From Candidatus Spongiisociaceae bacterium (GTDB taxonomy: Bacteria > Actinomycetota > Acidimicrobiia > Spongiisociales > Spongiisociaceae), in assembly GCA_965219685.1 (NCBI GenBank), contig CBDCOH010000002.1, forward strand, positions 1,024,001-1,088,000: a stretch of 64,000 bases of DNA. Reading direction: 5' to 3'. The position numbers and the translations under genes were made by a program. Each line of letters begins with the position of its first letter. Within the stretch, counting starts at the first letter, position 1. Shown one piece after another: positions 18,379-27,586 of the stretch. The notes beneath the pieces were generated by a model. The model was given only the letters and a program-made list of their open reading frames with translations. It was not told the DNA's origin and ran no database searches.

Positions 18379-18642
18379 TAGCTGATTAGTTCCTAGTCGG
18401 TAGTCTATCGTTGATAGTTGGGGCTTGGTGGTTAACGTTAGAGCGGGTCATTTTCCATCCCTATTGTACTGTTTGGGTCTCGCGTTTACGCCGCAGGCGG
18501 CTCTTCGCAAAATGGCAGCTCCAGGGTTCCAAGTCCAGGAACAGACACGCGCGAGTTACAGATGTGTTGTTCAGCGATGTGTAGCGATCGTAGCGTACGG
18601 TCGCTTCCGGTCAGATCCTTGGAACTACTCGTCTACCTGCCA
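18379..18642. repeat. Non-coding insert bounded by degenerate inverted heptamer arrays (18379..18435 and 18621..18642)
   Basis: tagctga/tagttcc/tagtcgg/tagttgg on the left; ggaacta/tcgtcta/cctgcca on the right, abutting the tpiA stop. Confidence 0.6.
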
Positions 18643-19419
18643 TTACCTCCAGTAGCGGACGCATGCGGCGAACGTCTCCGGGTCGAGCGAGGCGCCTCCG
18701 ATCAGGCCCCCGTCGATGTCGGACTTCGCCATCAGGGCCGCCACGTTACCGGGGTTCATCGATCCGCCGTAGAGGATACGGACCTGATCGGCGGCTGACC
18801 CGTGCCGCCCTCGGATCTGCTCACGGATCCCGGCGATGGCCTCCTGTGCATCGGCCGGAGCCGCGTGGCGGCCGGTTCCGATGGCCCACACCGGTTCGTA
18901 AGCGATGACCAGCCTTCCAATGGCCTCGGTCGGGATCCTGGCCAGAGAACCGGAGACTTGCCGGCGGACCACTTGGGTGGTCTTACCCCCTTCGCGTTGT
19001 TCGAGGGTCTCGCCCACGGCCACTACGGGCGTGACCCCGGCCCGCATCGCCGCCTTGGCCTTGCGGTTGACGGAGCGGTCGTCCTCGCCGAAGCACTGGC
19101 GGCGTTCCGAGTGGCCGACGATCGCGTACGACACCGACAGCTTGGCGAGCATCGATGCCGATATCTCGCCCGTGTAGGCGCCCCGGTCCTCCCAGTGCAG
19201 GTTCTGTGCCACGATCCTGATCCGCAGATCGTCCATCTGCACGACCGTCTGAACCGACCGGAGGGAGGTGAAAGGAGGCGCCACGCCCACCTCCACCCGG
19301 TCGTAGTCGGCCGGGTCGAGCAGGTAGCTCAGTTTCTGCACCCGCTGGATGGCTTCGAGGTGGGAGCCGTGCATCTTCCAGTTGCCGACCATGAGCGGTT
19401 TCCGTGTCACCGCGACCAC
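18643..19419 (-). CDS. tpiA: Triosephosphate isomerase
   Basis: GNWKM, GHSERR, AYEPVWAIGTG, LYGGS, LIGGASL. Confidence 0.98.
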   Translation of the reverse strand: MVAVTRKPLMVGNWKMHGSHLEAIQRVQKLSYLLDPADYDRVEVGVAPPFTSLRSVQTVVQMDDLRIRIVAQNLHWEDRGAYTGEISASMLAKLSVSYAIVGHSERRQCFGEDDRSVNRKAKAAMRAGVTPVVAVGETLEQREGGKTTQVVRRQVSGSLARIPTEAIGRLVIAYEPVWAIGTGRHAAPADAQEAIAGIREQIRGRHGSAADQVRILYGGSMNPGNVAALMAKSDIDGGLIGGASLDPETFAACVRYWR

Positions 19420-20591
19420 CGTTCCAGCGCCTTCACACCAGGAAGGACCCGGCCTTGCAACAACTCGAGGCCCGCGCCTCCTCCCGTGGACAGATGGTCG
19501 AGGTCGCTCTCCCGCCCGACCATGCGCAGCGCGGCGACGGAGTCACCCCCTCCTGCCACGGTGAAGGCGTTGGAGTCCGCGACAGCCTCGGCCAGAGCGG
19601 CGGTTCCCAACCGGAAGGACTCCCACTCGAAGACCCCCATCGGGCCGTTCCAGAACACGGCCGCGGACCCAGCGATCACCTCGGCGAACCGCTCGGCTGT
19701 TCGGGGGCCGATGTCGAGGCCCATCGAGTCCTCATCCAACGACGACGCGTCGAGCGTGGTGGAACTGGCGTCAGGGGCGAATCGATCTGCCGCCACGATG
19801 TCGACCGGGAGCACCAACCGGTCACCCAACTCTCCTCGGAGTATCTCGGCCAGGGAGTCGAAGTAGTCGGGTTCGACCAGTGAGTCCCCCACCTCGTAGC
19901 CATCGGCGGCCAGGAGGCTGAAACACATACCTCCGCCGACCAGCATGGTGTCCACGGCGGGAAGCAGGGCCTGGATGAGGGGGAGCTTGTCGGATACCTT
20001 GGCTCCTCCCAAGAGGACCGTGAACGGTCGCGGAGGGTGGTCCGTCAGGGTACGGAAAGCCTCGAGTTCGCGGACGAGCAGGGGTCCCGCCGCCGATCTC
20101 AGGTGATCGGTCACTCCCGCGGTGGATGCATGGGCACGGTGGGCCGATCCGAAGGCATCGAGGACGAAGAGGTCCGCCAGTTCGGCCAGTGCGGCAGCGA
20201 GACCGGCCTCGTTGGTCGTTTCACCGGGGTGGAAGCGGGTGTTCTCGAGGAGAACCACGTCCCCGGGCCCGGCCCGCGCGACGAGGTCCCTGGCGTCCGG
20301 CCCGACCGTGTCGCGGGCCGAGGCCACCGCGAACCCGCCGATACCGGACAGGGCGGCTGCCACAGGCGCCATTCGCAGTTGCTCGTCGACCCGCCCTCCT
20401 GGACGTCCCAGGTGACTGCACACGACCACCGCGGCGCCCGCGTCCCTCAGCCGGGCGATGGTCGGCGAGGTTGCCCGCAGGCGGAAGTCGTCGTCGACCC
20501 TGCCGTTCTCGATCGGTACGTTCAGATCCGATCTGAGAAGCACCGTGCGATCCTCGACCTCGAGGTCGGCGAGGGTCAGGAACGACCGCAT
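19407..20591 (-). CDS. pgk: Phosphoglycerate kinase
   Basis: RSDLNVP, SHLGRP, GGAKVSDK, WNGPMGVFE, STGGGA. Confidence 0.98.
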   Translation of the reverse strand: MRSFLTLADLEVEDRTVLLRSDLNVPIENGRVDDDFRLRATSPTIARLRDAGAAVVVCSHLGRPGGRVDEQLRMAPVAAALSGIGGFAVASARDTVGPDARDLVARAGPGDVVLLENTRFHPGETTNEAGLAAALAELADLFVLDAFGSAHRAHASTAGVTDHLRSAAGPLLVRELEAFRTLTDHPPRPFTVLLGGAKVSDKLPLIQALLPAVDTMLVGGGMCFSLLAADGYEVGDSLVEPDYFDSLAEILRGELGDRLVLPVDIVAADRFAPDASSTTLDASSLDEDSMGLDIGPRTAERFAEVIAGSAAVFWNGPMGVFEWESFRLGTAALAEAVADSNAFTVAGGGDSVAALRMVGRESDLDHLSTGGGAGLELLQGRVLPGVKALERWSR

Positions 20592-20628
20592 AGCTCCTCT
20601 CCTTCTTCCATGGGCTTCCCGGCGGGCG

Positions 20629-21522
20629 TTACTCGTCGATGTCGCGGTGGCGGACGGTTGCGTGGTACCCGCGTCCCACCAGCCAACTGGCCAGTTCTTC
20701 GGCCATGGCGACTGAGCGATGGCGCCCCCCCGTGCAGCCTATCCCGATGCTCACGTACGACTTCCCCTCCTCCCTGTAACGGGGAACCAGGAATGAGAGA
20801 AGGTCGCGGAGCCTGTCGAGGAATCCGGCGGCATCGCCGTTGGACAGCACGTGTCGCAGAACCTCGGGGTCTCTTCCGGTGAGAGGCCGCAGTTCGGTCT
20901 TCCAATGCGGGTTGGGCAGGAACCGCACGTCGAACATCAGGTCGACATCCCGTGGCGTGCCGTTCTTGAACCCGAACGAGGTGACAACCAGACGCATCGG
21001 GTGGTTGTCCACCAAGGCGGACAAGTGATGGGCGAACCAACTCCGGAGCTGGTGGACGTTGGTCTCGCTGGTGTTGACGTACATGTCGGCCCGCAGCCGC
21101 AGGTCGGCCATCATCGCCCGCTCCGCGGCGATCGAATCGGCGAGGGTCTCCAGGCCGAGGGGGTGGGGGCGACGGTGCTCCTCGTAGCGGCGGATCAGGA
21201 TGTCGTCGTCGGCGTCGAGGAATACCAGGGTCACCTGGATGCCGGCCTGCTCCAGTTCGCGGAAGTGGTCCTCGAGTTCGTTGAGGGGGAAGCCACCCCG
21301 GCTGTCCACCACTACGGCAAGGTGCCGGCTGCCGTCCCGCAGGTTGTTGAGTTCCACCGCCTGGCGGAGCAGATCCGGTGGGAGGTTGTCGATGACGTAG
21401 AAGCCGAGATCCTCGAGGACCTTGGCGCCGCTCGAACGCCCGGCGCCCGAGAGGCCGGTGAGCACCAGGAGTCGGGGGCTCGCACCCTCTGACCCACTCC
21501 GATCGTTCTCAACTGTTGCCAT
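20629..21522 (-). CDS. rapZ: RNase adapter RapZ (YvcJ)
   Basis: TGLSGAG, DNLPP, SFGFKNG, DVRFLPNPHW, GCTGGRHRSV. Confidence 0.95.
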   Translation of the reverse strand: MATVENDRSGSEGASPRLLVLTGLSGAGRSSGAKVLEDLGFYVIDNLPPDLLRQAVELNNLRDGSRHLAVVVDSRGGFPLNELEDHFRELEQAGIQVTLVFLDADDDILIRRYEEHRRPHPLGLETLADSIAAERAMMADLRLRADMYVNTSETNVHQLRSWFAHHLSALVDNHPMRLVVTSFGFKNGTPRDVDLMFDVRFLPNPHWKTELRPLTGRDPEVLRHVLSNGDAAGFLDRLRDLLSFLVPRYREEGKSYVSIGIGCTGGRHRSVAMAEELASWLVGRGYHATVRHRDIDE

Positions 21523-23341
21523 GCAGCGTAGCGTAGAGGTTCTCGGCGACATTCAGCGGTACCACCCGGGCCAGGCGCTCCAGATCGGCGTTCCTCATCT
21601 GCTTCACTGATCCGAACTCGCGGATCAGGGCCTTCTTGCGAGCCGGGCCGATCCCGTAGACGTCATCGAGGATGGAGTCGATCATGCGCTTGCCCCGGAG
21701 TTGGCGGTGGTACATGAGCGCGAAGCGGTGGGCTTCGTCCCTTACCCGCTGCAGGAGGTGAAGCGCCGACTGGTCCCTAGGGATGATGATGGGTTCGGGC
21801 TGTCCCGGTACGTAGACCTCCTCCATCCGCTTGGCCAGGCCTGCCACCGGTATCTGGAGGTCGAAACGGTCGATGACCTCGACGGCGCGCCCGATCTGTC
21901 CGGGCCCGCCGTCGATCAGCACCAGGGAGGGGGGGTAGGCGAACTTCCCCCGTTCGGAGACGGGCTTTTCCAGATCCTGCATGTACGCCGCGAATCGACG
22001 ACGGATCACCTCCTCCATCGAGGAGAAGTCATCCTGGCCCTGGACCGTGCGGATGCGGAATCGCCGGTAGTGGCCCCGGCGCGGGAGCCCGTCCTCGAGA
22101 ACCACCATGGATCCGACCGTGTGGCGCCCTTGGATGGTGGATATGTCGTAGGCCTCTATCCGCAGCGGGGGCTCGGGGAGGGTAAGCACCGTCTGGAGAC
22201 TTCTCAGGTCCTTGGCTCGGGCGTTGTGGTCGGATTGGCGCCGGAGCCGGTGTCGCAGGAACGCATCGGAGGCATTGGTCTTGGCAGTCTGCATGAGCCG
22301 GCGTTTGGCCCCCCGCTGGGGAACCCTGAGCGTCACCCGGGATCCCCGCCGCCTGGACAGCAGATCCGACCAGGGCTCGTCTGCGGGAGGGAGAGCCTCC
22401 ATCAGGATCAGGCGGGGCGGCGGAGAGGATTCGTCGTAAAGATCACGGAGCACCGTTGCCATGATCTGCGCCGGCGTGACGTCCTCGACCTTGTCGATGA
22501 TGGAACCCAGCCGGCCTACGATCCGCCCGCTCCGTATCTTCAGCACCTGCACCGATACTTCGAGGTCGTCTCCTTCAGTGGCGATCAGGTCGAACTCCTC
22601 GGGACGATCGGTCACCACCTCCTGGCGGGCCACCGCCCGGCGGACATCGCGGACCTGGTCCCTGATGCGGGCGGCCCGTTCGTACTCGAGCCGGTCAGAG
22701 GCGGCGAGCATGCGGCGTTCTAGGCGCACCAACAACTCCTCGGCGCTTCCGGTCAGTACCTGGGTGAGGCCGTCCACGTACTCGGCGTAGGTATCCGGAT
22801 CGACGAAACCGACGCACGGCGCCGAGCAGCGTTCGATCTCGTACTCGATGCACGGTCGGTCCTTCAGCTGGTGGCGGCGGAACACGGTGTCCGAGCAGGT
22901 GCGTATTGGTAGGGACTTGAGAAGCAGGTCGAGCGTGTTGCGGATGGCGTAGGCGTGAGCGAAGGGTCCGAAGTACTGAGTGCCCTTCTTCTTGGAGCCG
23001 CGCATGACCCTGGCGCGGGGCCACCGGTCGGAGCGGGTGATGGCCAGGTAGGGGTAGCTCTTGTCGTCCCTAAGCCGGATGTTGAACCGGGGAAGGTGCT
23101 CCTTGATCAGGGAGTACTCGAGAAATAGCGCCGCCACTTCGCTATCCACCACTATCCACTCGACGCGGCTGGAGGATTCGATCATCGCCCGGGTACGCGG
23201 CGCGAGGTCTCTCGAGAAGTAGGACGCCACGCGCTTGCGGAGCGACTTGGCCTTGCCGACGTAGGTCACCTGCCCATAGGTGTCCCGGAACAGGTAGGCG
23301 CCTGGTGCGTCGGGAATCTCGGCTGATGAAGGTCGCTTCAC
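21509..23341 (-). CDS. uvrC: Excinuclease ABC subunit C
   Basis: GIY-YIG (YVGKAKSLRKRV), DDKSYPY, RIEAYDIS, IDGG, RDEAHRFA, HhH. Confidence 0.98.
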   Translation of the reverse strand: MKRPSSAEIPDAPGAYLFRDTYGQVTYVGKAKSLRKRVASYFSRDLAPRTRAMIESSSRVEWIVVDSEVAALFLEYSLIKEHLPRFNIRLRDDKSYPYLAITRSDRWPRARVMRGSKKKGTQYFGPFAHAYAIRNTLDLLLKSLPIRTCSDTVFRRHQLKDRPCIEYEIERCSAPCVGFVDPDTYAEYVDGLTQVLTGSAEELLVRLERRMLAASDRLEYERAARIRDQVRDVRRAVARQEVVTDRPEEFDLIATEGDDLEVSVQVLKIRSGRIVGRLGSIIDKVEDVTPAQIMATVLRDLYDESSPPPRLILMEALPPADEPWSDLLSRRRGSRVTLRVPQRGAKRRLMQTAKTNASDAFLRHRLRRQSDHNARAKDLRSLQTVLTLPEPPLRIEAYDISTIQGRHTVGSMVVLEDGLPRRGHYRRFRIRTVQGQDDFSSMEEVIRRRFAAYMQDLEKPVSERGKFAYPPSLVLIDGGPGQIGRAVEVIDRFDLQIPVAGLAKRMEEVYVPGQPEPIIIPRDQSALHLLQRVRDEAHRFALMYHRQLRGKRMIDSILDDVYGIGPARKKALIREFGSVKQMRNADLERLARVVPLNVAENLYATLHGNS

Positions 23342-23370
23342 GGGGTGGCTCCTGTCACCTGCAAGGCTAG

Positions 23371-23412
23371 TGCCCGTTGTCGGTGGCCCGTTGTGGGTTG
23401 CCGGCTGTCGGA
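23371..23412 (-). repeat. Degenerate heptamer/14-mer array upstream of a uvrC -10-like hexamer
   Basis: + strand tgcccgt tgtcggt ggcccgt tgtgggt tgccggc tgtcgga. Confidence 0.6.
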
Positions 23413-23514
23413 GTGACTCCGGCGACGAGGGGGACTACCTGAAGTGCCGAACCATGCTCGTGGACCCTGCGGAGCGTCTTGAGGGTGTCCTATTCGGGTC
23501 GGGCGCCGGGCCGG

Positions 23515-25599
23515 TCAGCCGAAGGCGCCGAACCATCGCTCGTGGACTTGGCGGTAGAGGCCGCTCTCGATCAGCTCGAGCAAGGCCAGGTTGACTCGCT
23601 CGCGTAGTTCGGGATCCGCCTCGCTGAGCATGAGGGCGTACTGGACCCTCTCGAAGAGCGGTCCCACCGTGGTGATCGCGCCGGCTCCTTCGTGGGCGGT
23701 GTGGAATTGCAGGACCGGGGCGTCGAACACGATGGCTTCGACGTCCCCTTCCTCCAGGAGCCGGTACGCCTCGTCGATGTCGTCGACCAGGACCGGGCCG
23801 ACGCCGACCGCCACCAGATAGGCGTCGCCAGCTGACCCGGAGACTGTGGCCACCCGGTGCCCCGGAAGATCCCCAGGTCCTGATATGTCACCGCGCAGTT
23901 CGTTCACGGCCAGCGACGACGCGATAGAGGCCGTGAAGCTGGCGAAGACCAGGGTGCCCAGCGCGATCCAGACAAGCGCGAAACCCCGACCCAGCCCGCC
24001 TCGCGCAACCTTGTCACCGTACCCGACCGTGCTCATGGTGACCACCGACCAGTAGAAGGAGTCCCATATGCCGCGTCGGTAAGGGACGGCGAAGTCGGGG
24101 TTGTGATGGCGTTCCAGCCACCAGATCAGGTGGGCGGAAACCAGTACGACTATCGCGAACACCACCATCAACCACGGCAGGTCCGACGAGGCGATAGCAC
24201 GGAAGAAGGTCACGATCCGCTGTCCCAGTCCCGGTGAGGCGTGGGTGGGAGCCATCACCGTGAGACCGGTGTCGAGGACCGGCAGCGAGAAGTCCACCCT
24301 CTCCTCCCGGGATCCGGTCACGGCTACGCCTCCCAGTCCCACCTGGGCGATGCCCCGAGTTATGTCGTCCATCTGCTTGGCGACGGTGTCGACCGCGTAG
24401 ATCTCGACCTGCATGCCCAGGTGAGCTGCGATAAGGCGGATGAGCGCCACCTCGAACCCGCTGTAGGCACGGTTCTCGTAGATGACGAAGGGCGGAAGGG
24501 CGCGCGCCGCCACCCGGAGTACGCCTCCCGTAACCGGGGTGGCCTGTTGCTGAGCGGCGAGCACCAGGGCATCGGGGTCGGCCCGGTGTATCCACTCTGA
24601 GACCAGGGCCTCGTTGGCGAGAGCCCAGTCCTCCGCATGGCGACGGAAGTCCTCCGGATCTCCCTCGTCAGCGACCATCAGGGCGTTCTGCGCCGAGATG
24701 TCCTCCATGGGGATCACCACCTGTTCCAGGAGCTTCCGTACGGCGGGGTTGTGCTTCAGGAAGCCGGAGTTCGCCACCGCCCTGATGTCGTTGGGAGGCC
24801 AACCGACCTGGCACGGATCGTTCGCGCATCCGGGAATCCCGGGGATGGAGGTCCGGTCGACGAAGGCTTCCTGGTCAGGTGGGAGGGAGGGGAACGGGGT
24901 TTCCAGCCACACCACATCCCGGCCGGGAACTAGTTCTCCTACCGTCCAGTTGGGGGTCCATGTGTAGTAGAGCACGGGCTCTCCGGCCCGGTGGCGAGCG
25001 ATGGTCTCGGAGATGAGCGGCGAATAGTCCCCCTGGATCTGCTCGATGGTGCCGGATAATCGATAAGTGCTCAGGTGGTGGTCGATGACGTCGGCGCAAG
25101 CCCAGCCGGCGTCGCAGCCGATGAGGTCCGCCTTCCCATTGCCGTCGAGGTCGAACAGGGCTGCCAGTGACGGGTCGGCCAGATCGCCGAGGTTCGTAAT
25201 TCCGTGCTCCGAGGCAGTGGCCGAATCGACGAAGTAACCCTGCAAAGCCCCCGCGTCGACCTGAGTACCCACCGTCTCGACGACTTCCTGCTCGAGTTGA
25301 CGATCGTGGCTCGGGAACCACCCGTTGACCCAGAGGTCGACGTTGCCCGCTGCCACCGAATGGTAGAACTCGTCGTTCTCCATCGTTACCGGACCATCGA
25401 CACGGTACCCGAGGCGTTCGAGAAGAAGCTTGTACACCTCCGCCTGGAACCATCCGGTGTCCCAAGTCGCCCGGGCCATCCGGACCCGCGGATCGTCCGG
25501 CGTCTCGTGATCCGGTTGTCCGGCCCCAGGCCCGGTCCCAACCCACAGGAGCAGAACTGTCACCAGGACTCCCAGAACAGCTAGCGGTGTTCGGCGCAT
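23515..25599 (-). CDS. ProX-type glycine-betaine-binding domain fused to a GluR0-like ligand-gated K+ channel
   Basis: NGWFPSH, GCDAGWAC, YTWTPNW; S1 lobe (PPFV, VTGSREERVDFS), M1, pore TMSTVGYGD, M2 ASFTASIASSL, S2 lobe. Confidence 0.88.
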   Translation of the reverse strand: MRRTPLAVLGVLVTVLLLWVGTGPGAGQPDHETPDDPRVRMARATWDTGWFQAEVYKLLLERLGYRVDGPVTMENDEFYHSVAAGNVDLWVNGWFPSHDRQLEQEVVETVGTQVDAGALQGYFVDSATASEHGITNLGDLADPSLAALFDLDGNGKADLIGCDAGWACADVIDHHLSTYRLSGTIEQIQGDYSPLISETIARHRAGEPVLYYTWTPNWTVGELVPGRDVVWLETPFPSLPPDQEAFVDRTSIPGIPGCANDPCQVGWPPNDIRAVANSGFLKHNPAVRKLLEQVVIPMEDISAQNALMVADEGDPEDFRRHAEDWALANEALVSEWIHRADPDALVLAAQQQATPVTGGVLRVAARALPPFVIYENRAYSGFEVALIRLIAAHLGMQVEIYAVDTVAKQMDDITRGIAQVGLGGVAVTGSREERVDFSLPVLDTGLTVMAPTHASPGLGQRIVTFFRAIASSDLPWLMVVFAIVVLVSAHLIWWLERHHNPDFAVPYRRGIWDSFYWSVVTMSTVGYGDKVARGGLGRGFALVWIALGTLVFASFTASIASSLAVNELRGDISGPGDLPGHRVATVSGSAGDAYLVAVGVGPVLVDDIDEAYRLLEEGDVEAIVFDAPVLQFHTAHEGAGAITTVGPLFERVQYALMLSEADPELRERVNLALLELIESGLYRQVHERWFGAFG

Positions 25600-25816
25600 C
25601 GATTCATCCGGTTAGGGGAGCCGAAGCGTAGCGAGACGGCAGCACATCTGTACGAGAGATAAAGAAAACTGCTCTAAAGATGAAGAAAACGAATAGTTTC
25701 CCGACACCCAAAGCACACTGATATGTAGGGTCACATAACCGGGAGAGGACTGGGTCCGCCCGGTGGCGTCTAGAGAGAGGAGCGATAGATGGTTTGGTAC
25801 GACGTGGGACAACGCC

Positions 25817-27586
25817 ATGGCTGACCACGACCAGGACCTAGACCTCACAAGTATCTCGGAGGCCTATGACGACTGGGAGCGGGACGAAGAACGCCGCCGA
25901 GAGGCAGCCATCCGGGATCGTGGGCACTTTGAGGGTCTTCAGATCGATCCGGACATCGACTTCTATCCCGAGGTAGCCGACCGGGAACCCGGTGACAAGA
26001 ACATCGTCAAGTGGGGATTCGACATCCATCCCCAGGTGACGTTCTACGCTGCAGGCTTCCTGCTGGTCTTCATCGCGGCCACTCTGATCTTCCCTGATGC
26101 AGCGGGCGGCGTGTTCAGCGCCATCCTCAACTTCATCAACGAGAAGGTGGGCTGGCTGTACATAATCTCGTTCAACATCTTTATCGGGGCGGCGCTCTAC
26201 TTCGCCTTGGGCAGGTACGGCAAGATCCGACTAGGCGGTCCGGGGGCCCTTCCGGAGTTCTCCACCGCCGCTTGGTACGCCATGCTGATCTCGGCCGGTC
26301 TCGGAATCGGGCTGATGTTCTGGGGTGTGGCAGAGCCGATCTTCCACCTGACGGCACCGCCTCCCCTGTTCGATGTAGAACCGTTGTCGACGGGCGCAGC
26401 TAGGGCCTCCCTGGCGACCTCCTACCTCCACTGGGGGATCCATGGATGGGCGCTGTACGGCCTGGTAGCCCTCGCATTGGGGTTCTTCGCCTACAACCGG
26501 GGATTGCCCCTTACCTTCCGTTCGGTCTTCTACCCGATTCTCGGGCCGAGGATCTACGGCGGATGGGGCAACGCCATCGACATCCTCACCGTTGTGGCCA
26601 CCCTCTTCGGTTTGGCCACCTCGCTGGGATTCGGCGCCTCACAGGCTGCCGCGGGACTGAACAAGGTCTTCGGTGTACCGGATACCCTGTTGACCCAGAT
26701 ACTGCTGATTGCCGGTATCACGGGGCTGGCCACCATCTCGGTGGTGGCGGGCTTGGACGCCGGAGTCAAGAGGCTGAGCGCGCTCAACGTATGGCTGGCC
26801 GCGGCCTTCCTCGTCTTCGTGCTTCTGGTGGGTCCCACCCTGCTGGTCCTCTCGTTGTACGTGGAGAGCATCGGGGTCTACATCCAGATCCTGCCCGAGT
26901 TCTCGTTCTGGAACGCCGCGCTGCTCGACACGCAGTGGCAGCAGTGGTGGACCATCTTCTACTGGGGATGGTGGATCTCCTGGTCCCCCTTCGTCGGTAT
27001 GTTCATCGCGCGAATCTCGAAGGGCCGCTCGGTGCGGGAGATGATCATCGGTGTGATCGTCCTTCCCTGCCTGCTGTGCTTCCTGTGGTTCGCGGTGTTC
27101 GGTGGAGCGGCCATGGATCTCCAGATGCGAGGTACGCTGGACGTGGCCACTGCCGTCAACGAGAACGTGGCGACCGCATTGTTCGTGATGCTGGAGGCCT
27201 TCCCATGGACCTTCTTCGTCTCGATAGTCGGCATCCTGCTGCTGGTCTCCTTCTTCGTCACTTCGTCGGACTCGGGATCGCTGGTGGTGGACCACCTGAC
27301 CTCGGGTGGCAAGCTTGACTCGCCCAAGCCGCAGCGCGTGTTCTGGGCGATCATGGAAGGCTTCGTGGCCATCGTGCTGCTGATCGGAGGCGGCCTGTCG
27401 GCTCTCCAGACGGCTGCCGTGGCTACCGGACTGCCATTCCTCTTCGTGCTCCTGATCATGCTGTGGAGCCTGAAGAAGGCCTTCGACGAGGAGCTCGACC
27501 TGCTCGAGAGCCACTATGACGAGGCCATCTTCCAAGCCCAGCACAGCGGTCTGATCGAGCGACTGGGAAGAGGAGGTGAACAGTGA
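25817..27586 (+). CDS. BCCT family (betaine/choline/carnitine) transporter
   Basis: AGLGIGLMFWG, HWGIHGW, WTIFYWGWWISWSPFVGMFIARISKGR, FFVTSSDS. Confidence 0.96.
   Translation: MADHDQDLDLTSISEAYDDWERDEERRREAAIRDRGHFEGLQIDPDIDFYPEVADREPGDKNIVKWGFDIHPQVTFYAAGFLLVFIAATLIFPDAAGGVFSAILNFINEKVGWLYIISFNIFIGAALYFALGRYGKIRLGGPGALPEFSTAAWYAMLISAGLGIGLMFWGVAEPIFHLTAPPPLFDVEPLSTGAARASLATSYLHWGIHGWALYGLVALALGFFAYNRGLPLTFRSVFYPILGPRIYGGWGNAIDILTVVATLFGLATSLGFGASQAAAGLNKVFGVPDTLLTQILLIAGITGLATISVVAGLDAGVKRLSALNVWLAAAFLVFVLLVGPTLLVLSLYVESIGVYIQILPEFSFWNAALLDTQWQQWWTIFYWGWWISWSPFVGMFIARISKGRSVREMIIGVIVLPCLLCFLWFAVFGGAAMDLQMRGTLDVATAVNENVATALFVMLEAFPWTFFVSIVGILLLVSFFVTSSDSGSLVVDHLTSGGKLDSPKPQRVFWAIMEGFVAIVLLIGGGLSALQTAAVATGLPFLFVLLIMLWSLKKAFDEELDLLESHYDEAIFQAQHSGLIERLGRGGEQ

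Noticed and set aside
25600-25816. c-di-AMP (ydaO) riboswitch in the AT-rich divergent region
   Set aside because: The context fits, but I could not find the conserved motif blocks; an Rfam scan would be decisive.
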